This document shows positions 11,254-23,982 of a DNA stretch of 64,000 nucleotides, in pieces. The notes beneath the pieces are model-generated. The model searched no databases. It was not told the origin of the DNA and saw only the letters and a list, made by a program, of their open reading frames with translations. Each line of letters opens with the position of its first letter. Positions within the stretch are counted from its first letter, which is position 1. The DNA is taken from positions 514,414,001 through 514,478,000 of the forward strand of contig NC_067399.1 of NCBI RefSeq assembly GCF_016432865.1, in the 5' to 3' direction. A program made the position numbers and the translations under genes. The DNA is from Antechinus flavipes. Its lineage: Eukaryota.

Positions 11254-11700
11254 GTGAGGAGGAGTGCTCGGGTGGGAGGTCGGGGTCATGGGGGAAGGGC
11301 CGGCGGGCTAGGGGCCGCCGTGGCGGCGGTCGGCGGGGGGAGGGGTCGGGCGGGTCGTGGGCGGAGAATTACGCGGAGCTGGGCGGGACGGGACGGGACT
11401 CGGAGTCCTGGCTGGCTGGCTGGCTGGCTGGTTGGCGGCGGCGGCGGCGGGCGGGAGGCTAAGGCTAGGGCCCAGGCCAGAGCCGGAGCCAGGACGCGGT
11501 GGGGCCCGTCCCGGGCCGAGGCGGAGGCGGAGACGGAGGCGGGGGCGGGGGAGGAGGGGTGAGAGTGGAGGGGGCCGACGGGGCTTCCCAAGGGGGAGGG
11601 GGTCTAGCCCTTGGTTTGGGCAGTCTCCGTGGCCGGAGAAGCCAGGAAGGGCCCCTCCATGTTTCCTCTAAGCCCCGATCTCCTACCCCACCCACTCCAG

Positions 11701-11815
11701 GAGCTGGAGGCCATCAAAGCCCGAGTAAGGGAGATGGAGGAAGAGGCCGAGAAATTGAAGGAGCTTCAGAACGAGGTGGAGAAACAGATGAACATGAGCC
11801 CACCCCCAGGCAATG
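11701..11815 (+). CDS. PABPN1: PABPN1 exon 2 (coiled coil)
   Basis: ctccAG|[38 protein letters not shown]|GTGAGC. Confidence 0.98.
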
Positions 11816-12385
11816 GTGAGCGCCGGGGAAGACCCAGGCCCGAAGGAGGAGAGGGGGAGAGTTGGAAAGATCTTTCTCTGGTGACCTTGCTAGGAATCGT
11901 GGTTTTGGAAGAGGGCGTTAATGTCCCATGTGTCATGTTTCCTTTTCTCTTTAAGCTAATGACCCTGTCTTGATTATCAACAATACACAGATTCATGTTT
12001 CGTTCCTCTTCTTCTCCCCCCCCCCCCAATTTAGGCAGAAATTTTCAGTGATGTTAGCTCTTTAGTGCTAAATTTTGATAGAATCTTTTAAGTGCTAAGA
12101 GAAGAATGATAAGTTTGTAATGATTAAAAATTGGAGAGCATCTTAGAGGTCATTTAATTCAAGTGTCTTTTTAGGAAATTGAGGCCCTAAGGGGTAAAGG
12201 AACTTGAAGAGAGTCATATAGGTAGATAATATAGCAGGGCTCTAATTCCTTTTCACTGTATCACCCCTCTTAAATTTACCCTTTTTCAGGATGTGAGACA
12301 GGTTACTTTTTGTTGAGGTATTAAGGAATGTGAGATTTTATGAGAATGGAGTAGAAAAGAAAAATTCCTGCCTTTTGTTTTATAG

Positions 12386-12453
12386 CTGGCCCAGTGATCA
12401 TGTCCATTGAGGAGAAGATGGAGGCTGATGCTCGATCCATCTATGTGGGCAAT
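12386..12453 (+). CDS. PABPN1: PABPN1 exon 3
   Basis: tatAG|(A)[22 protein letters not shown]|GTAAGT. Confidence 0.98.
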
Positions 12454-12887
12454 GTAAGTATTAGCTTTTTCCTAGGGGAGGCTGTTATTTTTGGGAAAGA
12501 TTTGGAAAGAGGATCTAATGAAGTTTATCTTCCGATCTTCAAGAGAAGTGGTTACTTGGGATTTAGCTTTAGGGTGAGAGTGGGAGGTATAGTATAAATT
12601 GTTGGATTTTTAACTGGGCACACCTCCAATGTCACTTAGAGCAGTTCCCCTGTAATTTGTAGATGAAGAAACTAAGTGAATTGCAAAGAAAAAGACATGG
12701 GATAGGTCAGTGAAGGGAATAGTTCTGACTTTGTAGTTAGCTCATCTTTTGTAAGTGTCTAAATGATTTAGGGCTTCTTCTCTCCCTTGATCTTCCCCAC
12801 CCCCCCACCTCAATGCTAGACCAACAACAGCCAGTGTTGTCTTGGATTATGTTTGCCATATAAGTGAAATTTGTCTTTTCTGCTTAG

Positions 12888-12994
12888 GTGGACTATGGTG
12901 CAACAGCAGAAGAGCTGGAGGCACACTTCCATGGTTGTGGTTCAGTTAATCGAGTTACCATCCTTTGTGACAAATTCAGTGGCCATCCTAAGGG
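12888..12994 (+). CDS. PABPN1: PABPN1 exon 4 (RRM)
   Basis: cttAG|[36 protein letters not shown]|GTAAGC. Confidence 0.98.
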
Positions 12995-13555
12995 GTAAGC
13001 ATGGGGAAGATAGGATGGAGCCACAGGTTAACACGCACTTCATCAAAATTTAAAAATCAGGTAGTATATATGTTATATTTGTTACTTGAATGTGGGAGAG
13101 GCAGTTTTAGTCTTCTATAGAGTTGGCCATAAAGCATATTAGATTCAAGTTCTGCCTCTGACATAGGGAAAGTCACTTAACTTTTCAGTATTTTAGTCAA
13201 CTCTCTTAAGACTACACGTTGCAGAGAAATTGCCAGCCTGGATTAGATGTTCCATATACCAGGGAAATCACAAATCCAGGCTTTATTCTTTTTGAATGTT
13301 AGAAACTTGAGGACATGCATTAATTCTTTTTTTGCATTTGTATCCCTAGGATTAGTATGGTGTTTTTTACACAAATGCTTATTATATGTTTGATTAGACA
13401 ACAGTAAGGTAGACCATATGGCCTTCCTTTAAGGAGCTGACATAATAAACTAGCCCTAGTATGTGTATTTAGGGAAGTAATTATGTATAGAAAACTATAG
13501 AACGATAAATGTAAGAAAAAACATAAGTTTATTCTTATTTTCTTCCCTTTCCCAG

Positions 13556-13643
13556 GTTTGCATACATAGAATTTTCAGATAAAGATTCGGTGAGGACGTC
13601 GATGGCCTTGGATGATTCTCTTTTCAGAGGAAGACAGATCAAA
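13556..13643 (+). CDS. PABPN1: PABPN1 exon 5 (RRM)
   Basis: cccAG|[29 protein letters not shown]|GTAAGC. Confidence 0.98.
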
Positions 13644-13730
13644 GTAAGCGCTATCCGTATATGTGAGTGTTCCGTGCTGATTTTGAGTATTTGCCCTTTC
13701 CCGATCTTGACTGTTTTCAATTTGCTATAG

Positions 13731-13882
13731 GTGATACCAAAACGGACCAATCGGCCGGGGATCAGCACCACAGATCGGGGTTTTCCACGTGCTCGATATC
13801 GTGCCAGGGCTACTAACTACAGTAGTTCACGCTCTCGATTCTATAGTGGCTTCAACAGCAGACCCCGGGGCCGAGTCTACAG
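13731..13882 (+). CDS. PABPN1: PABPN1 exon 6 (Arg-rich tail)
   Basis: ctatAG|[51 protein letters not shown]|GTCAGG. Confidence 0.98.
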
Positions 13883-14810
13883 GTCAGGATAGATGGGCTG
13901 ATCCTCTCTCCTTCCCCATGAATCTTAAACCCAGCTTCTCATCTCGTTCAAGCCCTCCCTAGAGGAGCTTCAGTTCTTGCCTGTGTGTGATGGTAGTTAA
14001 AGGACAAGCTTAACTTATAGAACCCCAGTTAGTACCTGGGGCTAAGGAGAGGATCCTAGTCTCCTTCAGAGGCTTCTCCTTCTTAGTTATTGGTAGCCCA
14101 ACAGACTTACTAGCAAGAGGGTTTCTACATCAAAGATTGAGCAGAACCAAGTGTCACTGTCCTTAGGAAGGTGGGAGGAAAGAGGGGATGAGGTGAGGTT
14201 TTTTCCCCCCTCGGGTGGGAAAGGATCGGAAAACGCCAGTTAGTTTGGATCTCTCCATTCTGGATGAATAATGAAGGTTATCTTTACTAGCTTTTGTCAG
14301 GATTTCAGGAATTATCATTTTCTTAGTGTCTGGATGCTTGTTGCTTTTAGAACCTAAAGGTTCCATTATTTTAATCTTCTTAATATGTAGGGAATGTTAG
14401 GTAGTATAAACCTCTTAACTTTTCACAAGAGCTGCTTTTTCTGATCCCTGGAGAGTTAAGAAAGGGACTGGTGGTTGTAATACTTATCATGGGCAACAGT
14501 GTAAATGGCTTTTGGGGAGGGTTGAAAACATACCCTGGCATAGGTAGAATATTTGGGACCTGAGCCTCTCCTTGGTGTTTTTTTTCTCTCTCCCCATGGG
14601 ACATACACTCTTGAGTGTTGTTTCTTTCCATCATCCAGATAACTTCTAGTCTGCTGCTAAATTGTGCCCTCTGGTGGGATTTTAGGTATTTGTAGTGAAA
14701 AACTTGTCCCTTAGATAGGAAATAGAGTTGGACCAGTAGGATTACGGGAGGGGGTTGTACTGAGATGTCCATTAACTATGTTTACACCCAACTCTCCTTC
14801 TTTTTTCTAG

Positions 14811-14832
14811 GGGCCGGGCTAGAGCGACGTCA
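14811..14832 (+). CDS. PABPN1: PABPN1 exon 7, visible coding part; stop expected near 14850 inside the gap
   Basis: ttttttctAG|GRARATS followed by N run. Confidence 0.95.
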
Positions 14833-15103
14833 NNNNNNNNNNNNNNNNNNNNNNNNNNNNNNNNNNNNNNNNNNNNNNNNNNNNNNNNNNNNNNNNNNNN
14901 NNNNNNNNNNNNNNNNNNNNNNNNNNNNNNNNNNNNNNNNNNNNNNNNNNNNNNNNNNNNNNNNNNNNNNNNNNNNNNNNNNNNNNNNNNNNNNNNNNNN
15001 NNNNNNNNNNNNNNNNNNNNNNNNNNNNNNNNNNNNNNNNNNNNNNNNNNNNNNNNNNNNNNNNNNNNNNNNNNNNNNNNNNNNNNNNNNNNNNNNNNNN
15101 NNN
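14833..15103. other. Assembly gap (271 N) over the PABPN1 stop codon and proximal 3'UTR
   Basis: N run. Confidence 0.9.
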
Positions 15104-15803
15104 AGGGGAAGGGCCCCCCGGGGAATGGGACAGGGGGCTGCTCATTCACTCTGGGGGTTCGACATGGACAAGTCTCGACTTCGAAAACTGTTCCCTACCC
15201 TTTTCCCCCCTGCCTCCTCTCCTTACTTCACCCACTGGGGCTGCTCAGGGGTGGGGGCAGGATGGTGGGAAAGGTTTTACCTAAGGGTATGTAAGGACAC
15301 AAAACTGTTCCGCTTGTTACCCTCCCTCCATCTCTTCCCTGTTCTCCTTCCTGCCTGCCTCTTATCCTGCCAATTACCCCCTTCCCCGCTCCCCTCTTCC
15401 TGGCTCCCTGTCCCTCATCCCTGGGACTACTTCTCCTGACCCTCCAGAGATTCCCTGGTGATCTATTTTGTTTCCGTTTGTGTTTCTGTTTCTGTTTTGA
15501 GTGTCTTTCTTTGCAGGTTTCTGTAGCCGGAAGAACTCCGTTCCGCTCCCAGCGGCTCCAGTGTAAACTCCCCTTCCCCCTGGGGAAATGCACCACCTTG
15601 TTTGGGGGGGGTTGGGGGTTGGGTATTTTTTCTTTTTTCTTTTTTCCTTTTTTTTTCTTTGTTTCTTTTAATTTGGTTTTGGAGGGGGTGGGAGGAAGTG
15701 GGAACGGGATGGAGGGAGGGTTTGGGGATTTTGTTTATTTTTTTAGGTATTTCCAGGGGTGGGAGGAGTTTTTTGTTTTTTTTTTTTTTTAATATGTGTC
15801 ATG

Positions 15804-15814
15804 AATAAAATAAA
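15804..15814 (+). terminator. PABPN1: PABPN1 poly(A) signal (two overlapping AATAAA)
   Basis: atgAATAAAATAAAaatg after a U/G-rich 3'UTR. Confidence 0.85.
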
Positions 15815-18800
15815 AATGTTTTTTGAAAATAGTGTGCAGTCTTTTCAATGTAAGGAATATTTGTTTTCCTTAGATCTCAGCTAGAAGATCTCCTTGGGCA
15901 GAAGTGTTGGTGTTACGGAGGTAGATTTGTCACTTAAAATTAAAAATTGGCCTTACAAGTACTAAGGATAATGAAGATTGTAATTGAGAAAGACTAGTTT
16001 TCTGGACTATAAGTTGCTTTCCTGGGCATTTGATAGGTAGAAATGTAAGCCAAGACTAGATAAAGTGACCTAAATGCATGTTTGTTTACCAGTGATGTCC
16101 AACTCAAAGGATGGCTACTAAATTGAAGACTTCATGTGTGGAACACATAATTGACTTAAAAATCACAAACATTTTATTATGCTTGCTTTGTTAAATATTT
16201 CCCAGTTTGGACAAGTATTCTTGCTTCATGTTTTTGACACCTCTGCTGGTATGTATTTGGTTGTAAATGATTTGTCCATCTCTCTTAAACCTTGGACTAA
16301 CAGGTTCTCTCTCCCCATCTATTTTGTTATGTGAACTTCAGGAAGTAAGCTATTTTAAATTCAACTAAAACACTTGTGAAGGTAAACTTTATTCCAGAAG
16401 GATTTAAAGATAATTAGAAAGCTAGCATTCTTATCAAATGTTTTAGATTATTACTTTAGATCACTTTAGACTTAGAATGCTGTCTCAAGCTACTTAAAAC
16501 TCACAAAAATTTGCCTCCAAAGATCTTTCTCTTTTTGTTGTCGTCTAGAGATTCAAATCAGAAAAGCCTCACTTATTATCTTCATCGTGTCTCCAAATTA
16601 CAGATGAACTGGAGCAAAAAGGGGCTCAGTGACTTGTCCAGGTCATACCACTAATGTTTTGAAGTTGAATTTTAACTTTTCCTGACTCCAGGCCATGTGT
16701 TCTAGCCACTGGATTGCTTAACTGTTTTGGACTTGTTATTAATTCAAGCCATCTAATCCAGATGTAGACTTTGTGATTTATAAGCATTTCGTGATGGCTT
16801 TTGTTTGAAATTTCACTTTTGGCAGTCAAGTTCCCCATTCTTTAATTAGCTTTCCCACATATAATTTCTTTACCATATTGACCTGCATTGATCTTTTTGA
16901 ACTTCCATAGCTTGTATTAGATACTTGTCATTTTGGCCACTAGTCATAATAGTTTCACTTTTTTTCCCTCTCCAGTTAGTAAATTATTTGAACAGAGTTA
17001 TATTCACCAGGTAAGTACTTGCTGTTTGAGTACATTTAGGGGATTTGTGGGATGAAGAATAGCTTAGTGACTGCTGAAGTGGATTAATCTATCTTACCCG
17101 TTCATGAGGTTATAATTTGGCTTGCTGTAACATAGTTAAATTTTCCTTTCAGGTTAAGACTGGTTTGAGAGAATTGTCTTGTATGATTGGTCATTTACTG
17201 TTTTAGGAATTGGAGTATCCCATCTCTTTAAAAATCTTGTGGGTCAGAGCTGTGTGGGGACTTGCTTGGCTGTTGGAAATAATTCAATCCTTCCTTTCTT
17301 GGCCCAGTCTTTACTAAAGTAGAAGTTAATATTTTCTGTGACTTGCTTCTACTTCCTGTTCCTTTAAAGATATTCTGGTTTGTTTTCTGTTGGAGAACTT
17401 TTCAATTCTCTTAACTTTAAATTTTTAAACTTCATCTTAACATTTAAAACAGAAGGTAATTTATTTGTAACCTGTTGATACAAATTTTGGGGATTGGTGA
17501 CAATAAAGATTAAATATTCTACAATGAATCCTAGTTCCAATCCTAAGGTTCAGATTTCCTGCTCCTCCAGATCTGATTATTTTGCTGTGAATCTTACACA
17601 GTGTACTCATTTTAGATGAAAAATATGACTCAGAGTAAGAGTCAAGCCTTGGCATTCTCCTTACCACCTAGTCCTTTGGAAGTAGAAGGGACTTTGGATA
17701 AGCTGCCTCATATTTTTTGAAGGTGAGATACTGTACTGTGACAAGTAGATGGTTCTGTATGGCACATGGATGCTAAGATTTAATGGCAGGAAAGTTAAGT
17801 ACCCCACAAAGCAAATTACTTAGTTATTTTACTAGAGACTCATTCAGCCTTATATTATCCTGACTTTGGGGAAAAGTCCCAGATGATTTTTTTTATGCTT
17901 AGTGAGTCCCTAGCAACTAAATCCTTCATGTACATATACATGCTTTTTTATAAAATTGTGAACTATTTGAGGACAGAAGCTGGTGCTGTAATTTGTTAAA
18001 AACCAAGAACCTGAGTGGGGGGAGGGGAAGTGATGGATAAATCAAGTATTAAGTATTTTACATATCACTGTTCCAGGGCCAGGGTTAAGCACTTTAAAAT
18101 TGTTTTCATTTGATCCTCACCCTATGAGGCTGATGTTACATTTAACCCATTTTGCATTGAAGGAAACTGAGGCAAACAATTTGGCTACAATTACATAGCT
18201 AGCAGAAGTTTGAAGCTGGATTTGAACTCAGATGTTCAGTCTGACAACAGTATCCACAGTGCCACCTACCTGTCTAAGAAATGGACAAATTAAGTTACTT
18301 CCTTCTGATGTCATTGGATATTTATTACAATGTTATCAAAAGGGATTTTATAGAAGTCGTATTAGGTCACCATGACCTTGACCTTTTCTAATACTGTGGA
18401 GAGATGGAGAATTGGTTACAGATCTCAAAAGTTCTGCCAGACCCTTAGCAAACTGGAAAGGCATCTAGTGTGATCCCAGTGATGAATTGTGTTCTCTGTA
18501 TATTGATTAAGAAAGTTCACCCCCAGGTTAACTATAAGGTGGCACATTTTTTCAGCCATAGTAATTGCCAAAAGATATTTTGGAGGGATAACATACTCTT
18601 GTAGCAGGGTAGGGGAAACCATGCCAAATGCTAGATCCTTAAGGTATTAAAGCATTCAAATGGAATTTAAACGGTGAAGAATGTTCCTCTCCTATCTCTT
18701 AACTTCTTTCATTGTGGATCAATGTGTCATCCATGAATATATTTCAGCCTTTATTGAACCTAGGTTTTGAGTCAGTAAATTCTAGTTAGCTCAATAAAAT

Positions 18801-19817
18801 CATCAAACACATGATTAGGGCAAACTAAAGTAGCAATTTCTTTTATTAGGGTGTGAGAACTTCAAGGTTCAGAGACATCTGTTAAATTCCAGTGTTTAGG
18901 ATTTGATGAACCAGGTATACTTACTGCTTAGAATTTTTTTTTGGTAGATCTGCAATATTTTGCCTATTCAGCTACAGGATAGGTACCTCATCACCTGAAT
19001 GCCTGGCTCTTTCTACTACTTTGTGACCACAATAAATGCTTTATCAAATGTCCCCGTAGCCTTGTAAATTTCATAAATTTTGATCTCTGTATCTTAAGAT
19101 TTGGCTCCCAAAGCCTCTATTCTAAAAAGCTTTGCCTCATCTTCCCAGGAGTTGAGCCCTTTTCCAGGCTCTGTAATATTGTATATTATTTATCCATATA
19201 CTTGTTTTCCCCACTAGAACACAAGCTCTTCCAGGGCCAAGAATTTTAATTTTTTTTGTTCCTCAATATTTCTCTTTATGTACGTCTTTCTGCAGGCAGG
19301 AATTACTTTATTTTAGCTTCTTTTCTCTGGACTTTTTCCAGTTCTGTGAAAAAACAACAAAAAGCATATATACATCGACAAGGAAATTAGTTCACTATTT
19401 TTTCATCACTTTTGAAATTACTACTCAATAGCATACACTATCCCAAATTATTGGCAGATAAAGCAGCCTGAGATTTATATAGAATCTTTTTTCCCCAAAA
19501 TACTCAAAGACCTTTTTCTATATATGATTTTAATAGTTCATGCAGATCAAGAGTTTTATCTGGGATGGGATAATTTCCATATTACCAATAACTCGAGACT
19601 ACAGGTGAAATTCCAACTTCCACTGTCTTTTTCTCATATAGTAATTATGCATCCCAGAATTTCTTGATCCACATTTGAAGAGCATTGCTCTTTAATGAAA
19701 CATTCATTACAAAAGAATTTTTCTAATAGGGGACAGCCTTAGGATTTATACAGGTTTTCTCCCCATCCCCCCCAAAGATCTCACTGCTTTTTATAGGTTT
19801 TTTTTTGGGGGGGGAGG

Positions 19818-19939
19818 GGTGTTAAGTGACACCCAAGGTCACACAGCTAGGAAGTGTTAAGTGTCTGAGGTCAGATTTGAACTCTGGGCCTCCTGACTTC
19901 AGGACGGGCACTCTTAACTACTGTACCACCTAGCTTCCC
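19818..19939 (-). mobile_element. WSINE1-like tRNA-derived marsupial SINE
   Basis: Reverse complement gggaagctaggtggtacag...gaagtcaggaggcccagagttcaaatctgacctcagacacttaac. Confidence 0.85.
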
Positions 19940-19958
19940 TAGGGTATGCTTTTTTTTT

Positions 19959-21309
19959 TTTTTTTTTTTTTTTTTTATTAAATTTTTTATTTAATAATTA
20001 CATTATATTGACACTCATTTCTGTTCCGATTTTTTTTTCCCCTCCCTCCCTCCACCCCCTCCCCTAGATGGCAAGCAGTCCTTTATATGTTGGATATGTT
20101 GCAGTATATCCTAGATACAATATATGTTTGCAGAACCGAACAGTTCTCTTGTTGCGTAGGGAGAATTGGATTCAGAAGGTATAAATAATCCGGGAAGAAA
20201 AACAAAAATGCAGATAGTTCACATTCGTTTCCCAGTGTTCTTTCTTTGGGTGTAGCTGCTTTTGTCCGTCATTTATCAATTGAAACTCAGGTCTCTTTGT
20301 CAAAGAAATCCACTTCCATCAAAATATGTCCTCATACAATATCGTTGTCGAAGTGTATAATGATCTCCTGGTTCTGCTCATTTCACTTAGCATCAGTTCA
20401 TGTAGGTCTCTCCAAGCCTCTCTGTATTCATCCTGCTGGTCATTTCTTACAGAACAATAATATTCCATAACATTCATATACCACAATTTACCCAGCCATT
20501 CTCCAATTGATGGGCATCCATTCATTTTCCAGTTTCTAGCCACTACAAACAGGGCTGCTACAAACATTTTGGCACATACAGGTCCCTTTCCCTTCTTTAG
20601 TATTTCTTTGGGATATAAGCCCAATAGAAACACTGCTGGATCAAAGGATATGCACATTTTGATAATTTTTTGGGCATAATTCCAGATTGCTCTCCAGAAT
20701 GGTTAGATTCGTTCACAACTCCACCAACAATGCATTAGTGTCCCAGTTTTCCCGCATCCCCTCCAACATTCATCATTATTTTTTCCTGTCATCTTAGCCA
20801 ATCTGACAGGTGTGTAGTGGTATCTCAGAGTTGTCTTAATTTGCATTTCTCTGATCAATAATGATTTGGAACACTTTCATATGAGTGGTAATAGTTTCAA
20901 TCTCATCCTCTGAAAATTGTCTGTTCATATCCTTTGACCATTTATCAATTGGAGAATGGCTTGATTTCTTATAAATTTGAGTCAGTTCTCTATATATTTT
21001 GGAAATGAGGCCTTTATCAGAACCTTTAACTGTGAAAATGTTTTCCCAGTTTGTTGCTTCCCTTCTAATCTTGTTTGCATTAGTTTTATTTGTACAAAGG
21101 CTTTTTAATTTGATGTAATCGAAATTTTCTATTCTGTGATCAGTAATGGTCTCTAGTTCATCTTTGGTCACAAATTTCTTTCTCCTCCACAAGTCTGAGA
21201 GATAAACTATTCTATGTTCCTCTAATTTATTTATAATCTCGTTCTTTATGCCTAGATCATAGACCCATTTTGATCTTATCTTGGTATATGGTGTTAAGTG
21301 TGGGTCCAT
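19959..21309 (-). mobile_element. 5'-truncated LINE-1 (ORF2 C-terminus, 3'UTR, poly(A)) with target-site duplication
   Basis: ORFs 21309-20836 (DPHLTPYTKI...DKGLISKIYRELTQ) and 20657-20319 (FDPAVFLLGLYP...WYMNVMEYY); poly-T on +; TSD GGGTATGCTTT(C/T)TTTTT at 19942-19958 and 21310-21326. Confidence 0.97.
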
Positions 21310-21436
21310 GGGTATGCTTTCTTTTTAAGAAGAAACCTGAAACTACCCTTTTCTTGGAAAATACTATGCTTATTTTATGCTTTCTTCATCTTTTGCCCAC
21401 ATGCTGGAAATGCCTTTCTTTGAACTTTATTTAAAC

Positions 21437-21642
21437 CAGGAATGGGGAAAGTGTGTCAAGGCCCACAGATCTTGTAAGGCTTGTGAAATAATTTGCTAAG
21501 GCCACTGCAAACAGCGACAAGCTGAAAGCTGGGTACATCATCCCGCTGCTTTGAGTGCTATGTGTTGATAATTTTGTATGGCATGCAAATGTTAAAGATA
21601 TCCAAATGGCCCTTGGAGAAAAAAAGTTTTGCTCTATTCCTG
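21437..21642. mobile_element. Non-autonomous hAT-type DNA transposon (MITE), ~206 bp
   Basis: Imperfect terminal inverted repeats CAGGAATGGGGAA / TTGCTCTATTCCTG; 8-bp flanks ATTTAAAC / ATCGAAAC (6/8 match). Confidence 0.6.
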
Positions 21643-22799
21643 ATCGAAACAAACCTTACTTTTAAGGTTCAAAAGGAGACATTCATCTTCCTGTTCTTCA
21701 AACAATCCTAATAAAAACTAGGTCACTTCAGCCTATGATGACTTTAAACATCACTTCTTCTGGACCTTAATTTCTCCATCCTTAAAATGAGTGGACTGGA
21801 TTATATGACCTCTAAGGATCTTTCCAGTTCTAATGTCCTGATTAGCATAAATCAAAGGATTATAAATTTAGAGCTGAAGGAGACCTTTAAAATTATTAAA
21901 TAGGTTTTACTATTGAGGACACAAACCCAGAGAGAAAGGGACTTGAATAAGGTCAAATAGGCAGTGGCAGAAGTGGGATTTGAATTCAGGACCTCTGGCC
22001 AAGTCTTCTGTCTACAAATTAAGCACTTTATCCCATTCTACTCTGCTTTCTATTTTAAATGTCCTCTTCCTCTAAACTTTTAATGGCACTTGTAGTAACA
22101 ATAGTTTACATTTCTCTTGGACACTAATTTACAAGCATTTTCCTATCAATGTAGCCAAGGATGTAATGCAAGCAATAGAAATCGTTTGGTGTCTGAGTAA
22201 GGTGGCTAGGCAGCAAGCTGCAGTGTTCTGAGCTGCTTCTTCATACGTACTATGTTGGTGATGTTTAGTTTTTACATGTTCATCTTGATTCTCCATTCAG
22301 ATTATGATATGTTCCTTGAGGGCCTAGATTCTGTTATCCAGTGCTTTTGTCTTCCCATAAGATCTAGGACCCACAGTAGACTCAATACTTATTGCATGAG
22401 TAAAGCAATTCATGAGATTGATAATCCTCTCCTGCTTTGGGCAGCTGCTCCCCATTCCTACATCTAAATTTTTCTTGAAGAAATTTAGATACGGCAATTT
22501 AGGAGAACGGATCCCCAAATGAAATATTCTGGCCCCATTAAGGCAAATGTGCTTACTCTCTTTTATCACTTGCTCTCCATTAGTTGTTCAAAGGATAATG
22601 GCTGTGATGAAGGAAAGCAGCAACATTTTTTCCAGAGCCCAGTGAGATGGAGGAAGTGGTAGGGTAGGGGATTGATATGTTTCAGATTTCAGATACCCTC
22701 TCATTCCACCCCTTCCCTCCCCACCAAAAAAAAAAAAAAAAAATCATGTAGAACAGGAAAAAAAATGTTTAGGTTCCTCATTCTTTCATTTAAAATTTC

Positions 22800-22805
22800 T
22801 TTATT
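22800..22805 (-). terminator. SLC22A17: SLC22A17 poly(A) signal
   Basis: TTTATT on + (AATAAA on -), ~500 nt past the stop codon. Confidence 0.8.
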
Positions 22806-23301
22806 GAAATATAAGTAGTAGGCCCCAGTGTGTGAAGTCTGGGTATCCCTGGATGAGACTAGAGAGACCTGCTGTTCTCAGTGCAGTCCACACTTGGTGT
22901 CCTTTGCTAGGGGATTGCTGTATAGAACCCCATGATCCCTCCCCCAGACACCAGTCTTGGGCGGGGGGGGGGGGGTGGTCCTACAAAATAGCAGGGAGGA
23001 GTACGTGAAGCAGGCTTGTGATCTCCCCTTGTCTAATAGTGGCATCCCATGGGCTGGGATGCACTTAACTCCACTTTCCACATGGCCTTCTTGGGAACTC
23101 CATCTTCCTATTGGATGAGGTTCACTCATGTTTTGTGGCCAGACTTCCCTCTTCCCAAGAGCCCACTCTCGGCCTATCTTGGGCTTTGTATGACCAGCAT
23201 GGCATGCTAGGGTGTTTTCCATCTCCTTCATGGCATCTATCAGCCTCTGCATTTTGAAGGCAGTGCCCCATTCTCCTGTTAGCAGACCCAACACGAAGCA
23301 T

Positions 23302-23590
23302 TCAGAGGGCAGGCGTTGGTGTGGCAAGAAGGGGGACATGGTCACAACGGGTTGGGGGTGGTGGCCTTAGCAAGGAGGGCCGACGGCAGAGTTCCCCATC
23401 CCGAAGGGCCTCTGGAAGGGCCTTGCGTTTGCTCTCAGGCAGGAGCATGATGCTAAGAATGCAGAGAAGGGCACAGGCTGCCAAGACCACGTGCTGCAAG
23501 AAGGCACCTCGGCCAGCGTGGAGCCGCTGCACTGGACCACTCAGCTGGCCTAGTGCTCCTAATGCCAGGATTAGGCCCAGGCCCCGTCCC
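23302..23590 (-). CDS. SLC22A17: SLC22A17 last coding exon; model complement(join(23302..23590,23983..24094,24459..24685,24903..25008,25294..25439,25720..25885,26338..26492,26828..26931,27018..27404)), 563 aa
   Basis: [56 protein letters not shown]...[17 protein letters not shown]; all intron phases consistent, total 1692 nt. Confidence 0.97.
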
Positions 23591-23982
23591 CTGTGGAAGG
23601 GGGGAAATGAAATTCAGACACAGCCTGAAAATGCCAATTCTGACCCAAATTCCCCTTCTCAGTTTAGATATACCCGCTCTGTCCCCTTCCTTCACAATCC
23701 CCTTCCTAATATTAATATTTCTTTACATGTGTTATTTCATTTGATAGTCAAAATAATCCCCCAAAATATTAGTAGAATCCCCATTTTTACAGAAGGAAAA
23801 ATTAAGACTGAGAAAGGGGACTTGCCTAGAATCAGATAACTAATAGCTCTGATAAGACCTAAACTTCTGACTTCAGGGCCATCATTCTCTCCACTGTCCA
23901 GCTTGGACTTTGCCCTTAACTCCCTTAGAATCAGGCTGGAGAGGACTCACTCCCACCTGCGTCTCCCCCATCTCGTTCTCAC

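Noticed and set aside
11254-11700. Long GC-rich ORFs on both strands in PABPN1 intron 1
   Set aside because: Low-complexity Gly/Arg/Pro translations expected from stop-poor CpG-island DNA.
17461-18622. Short minus-strand ORFs at 17667-17461 and 18622-18425
   Set aside because: No recognisable homology, splice context or codon bias.
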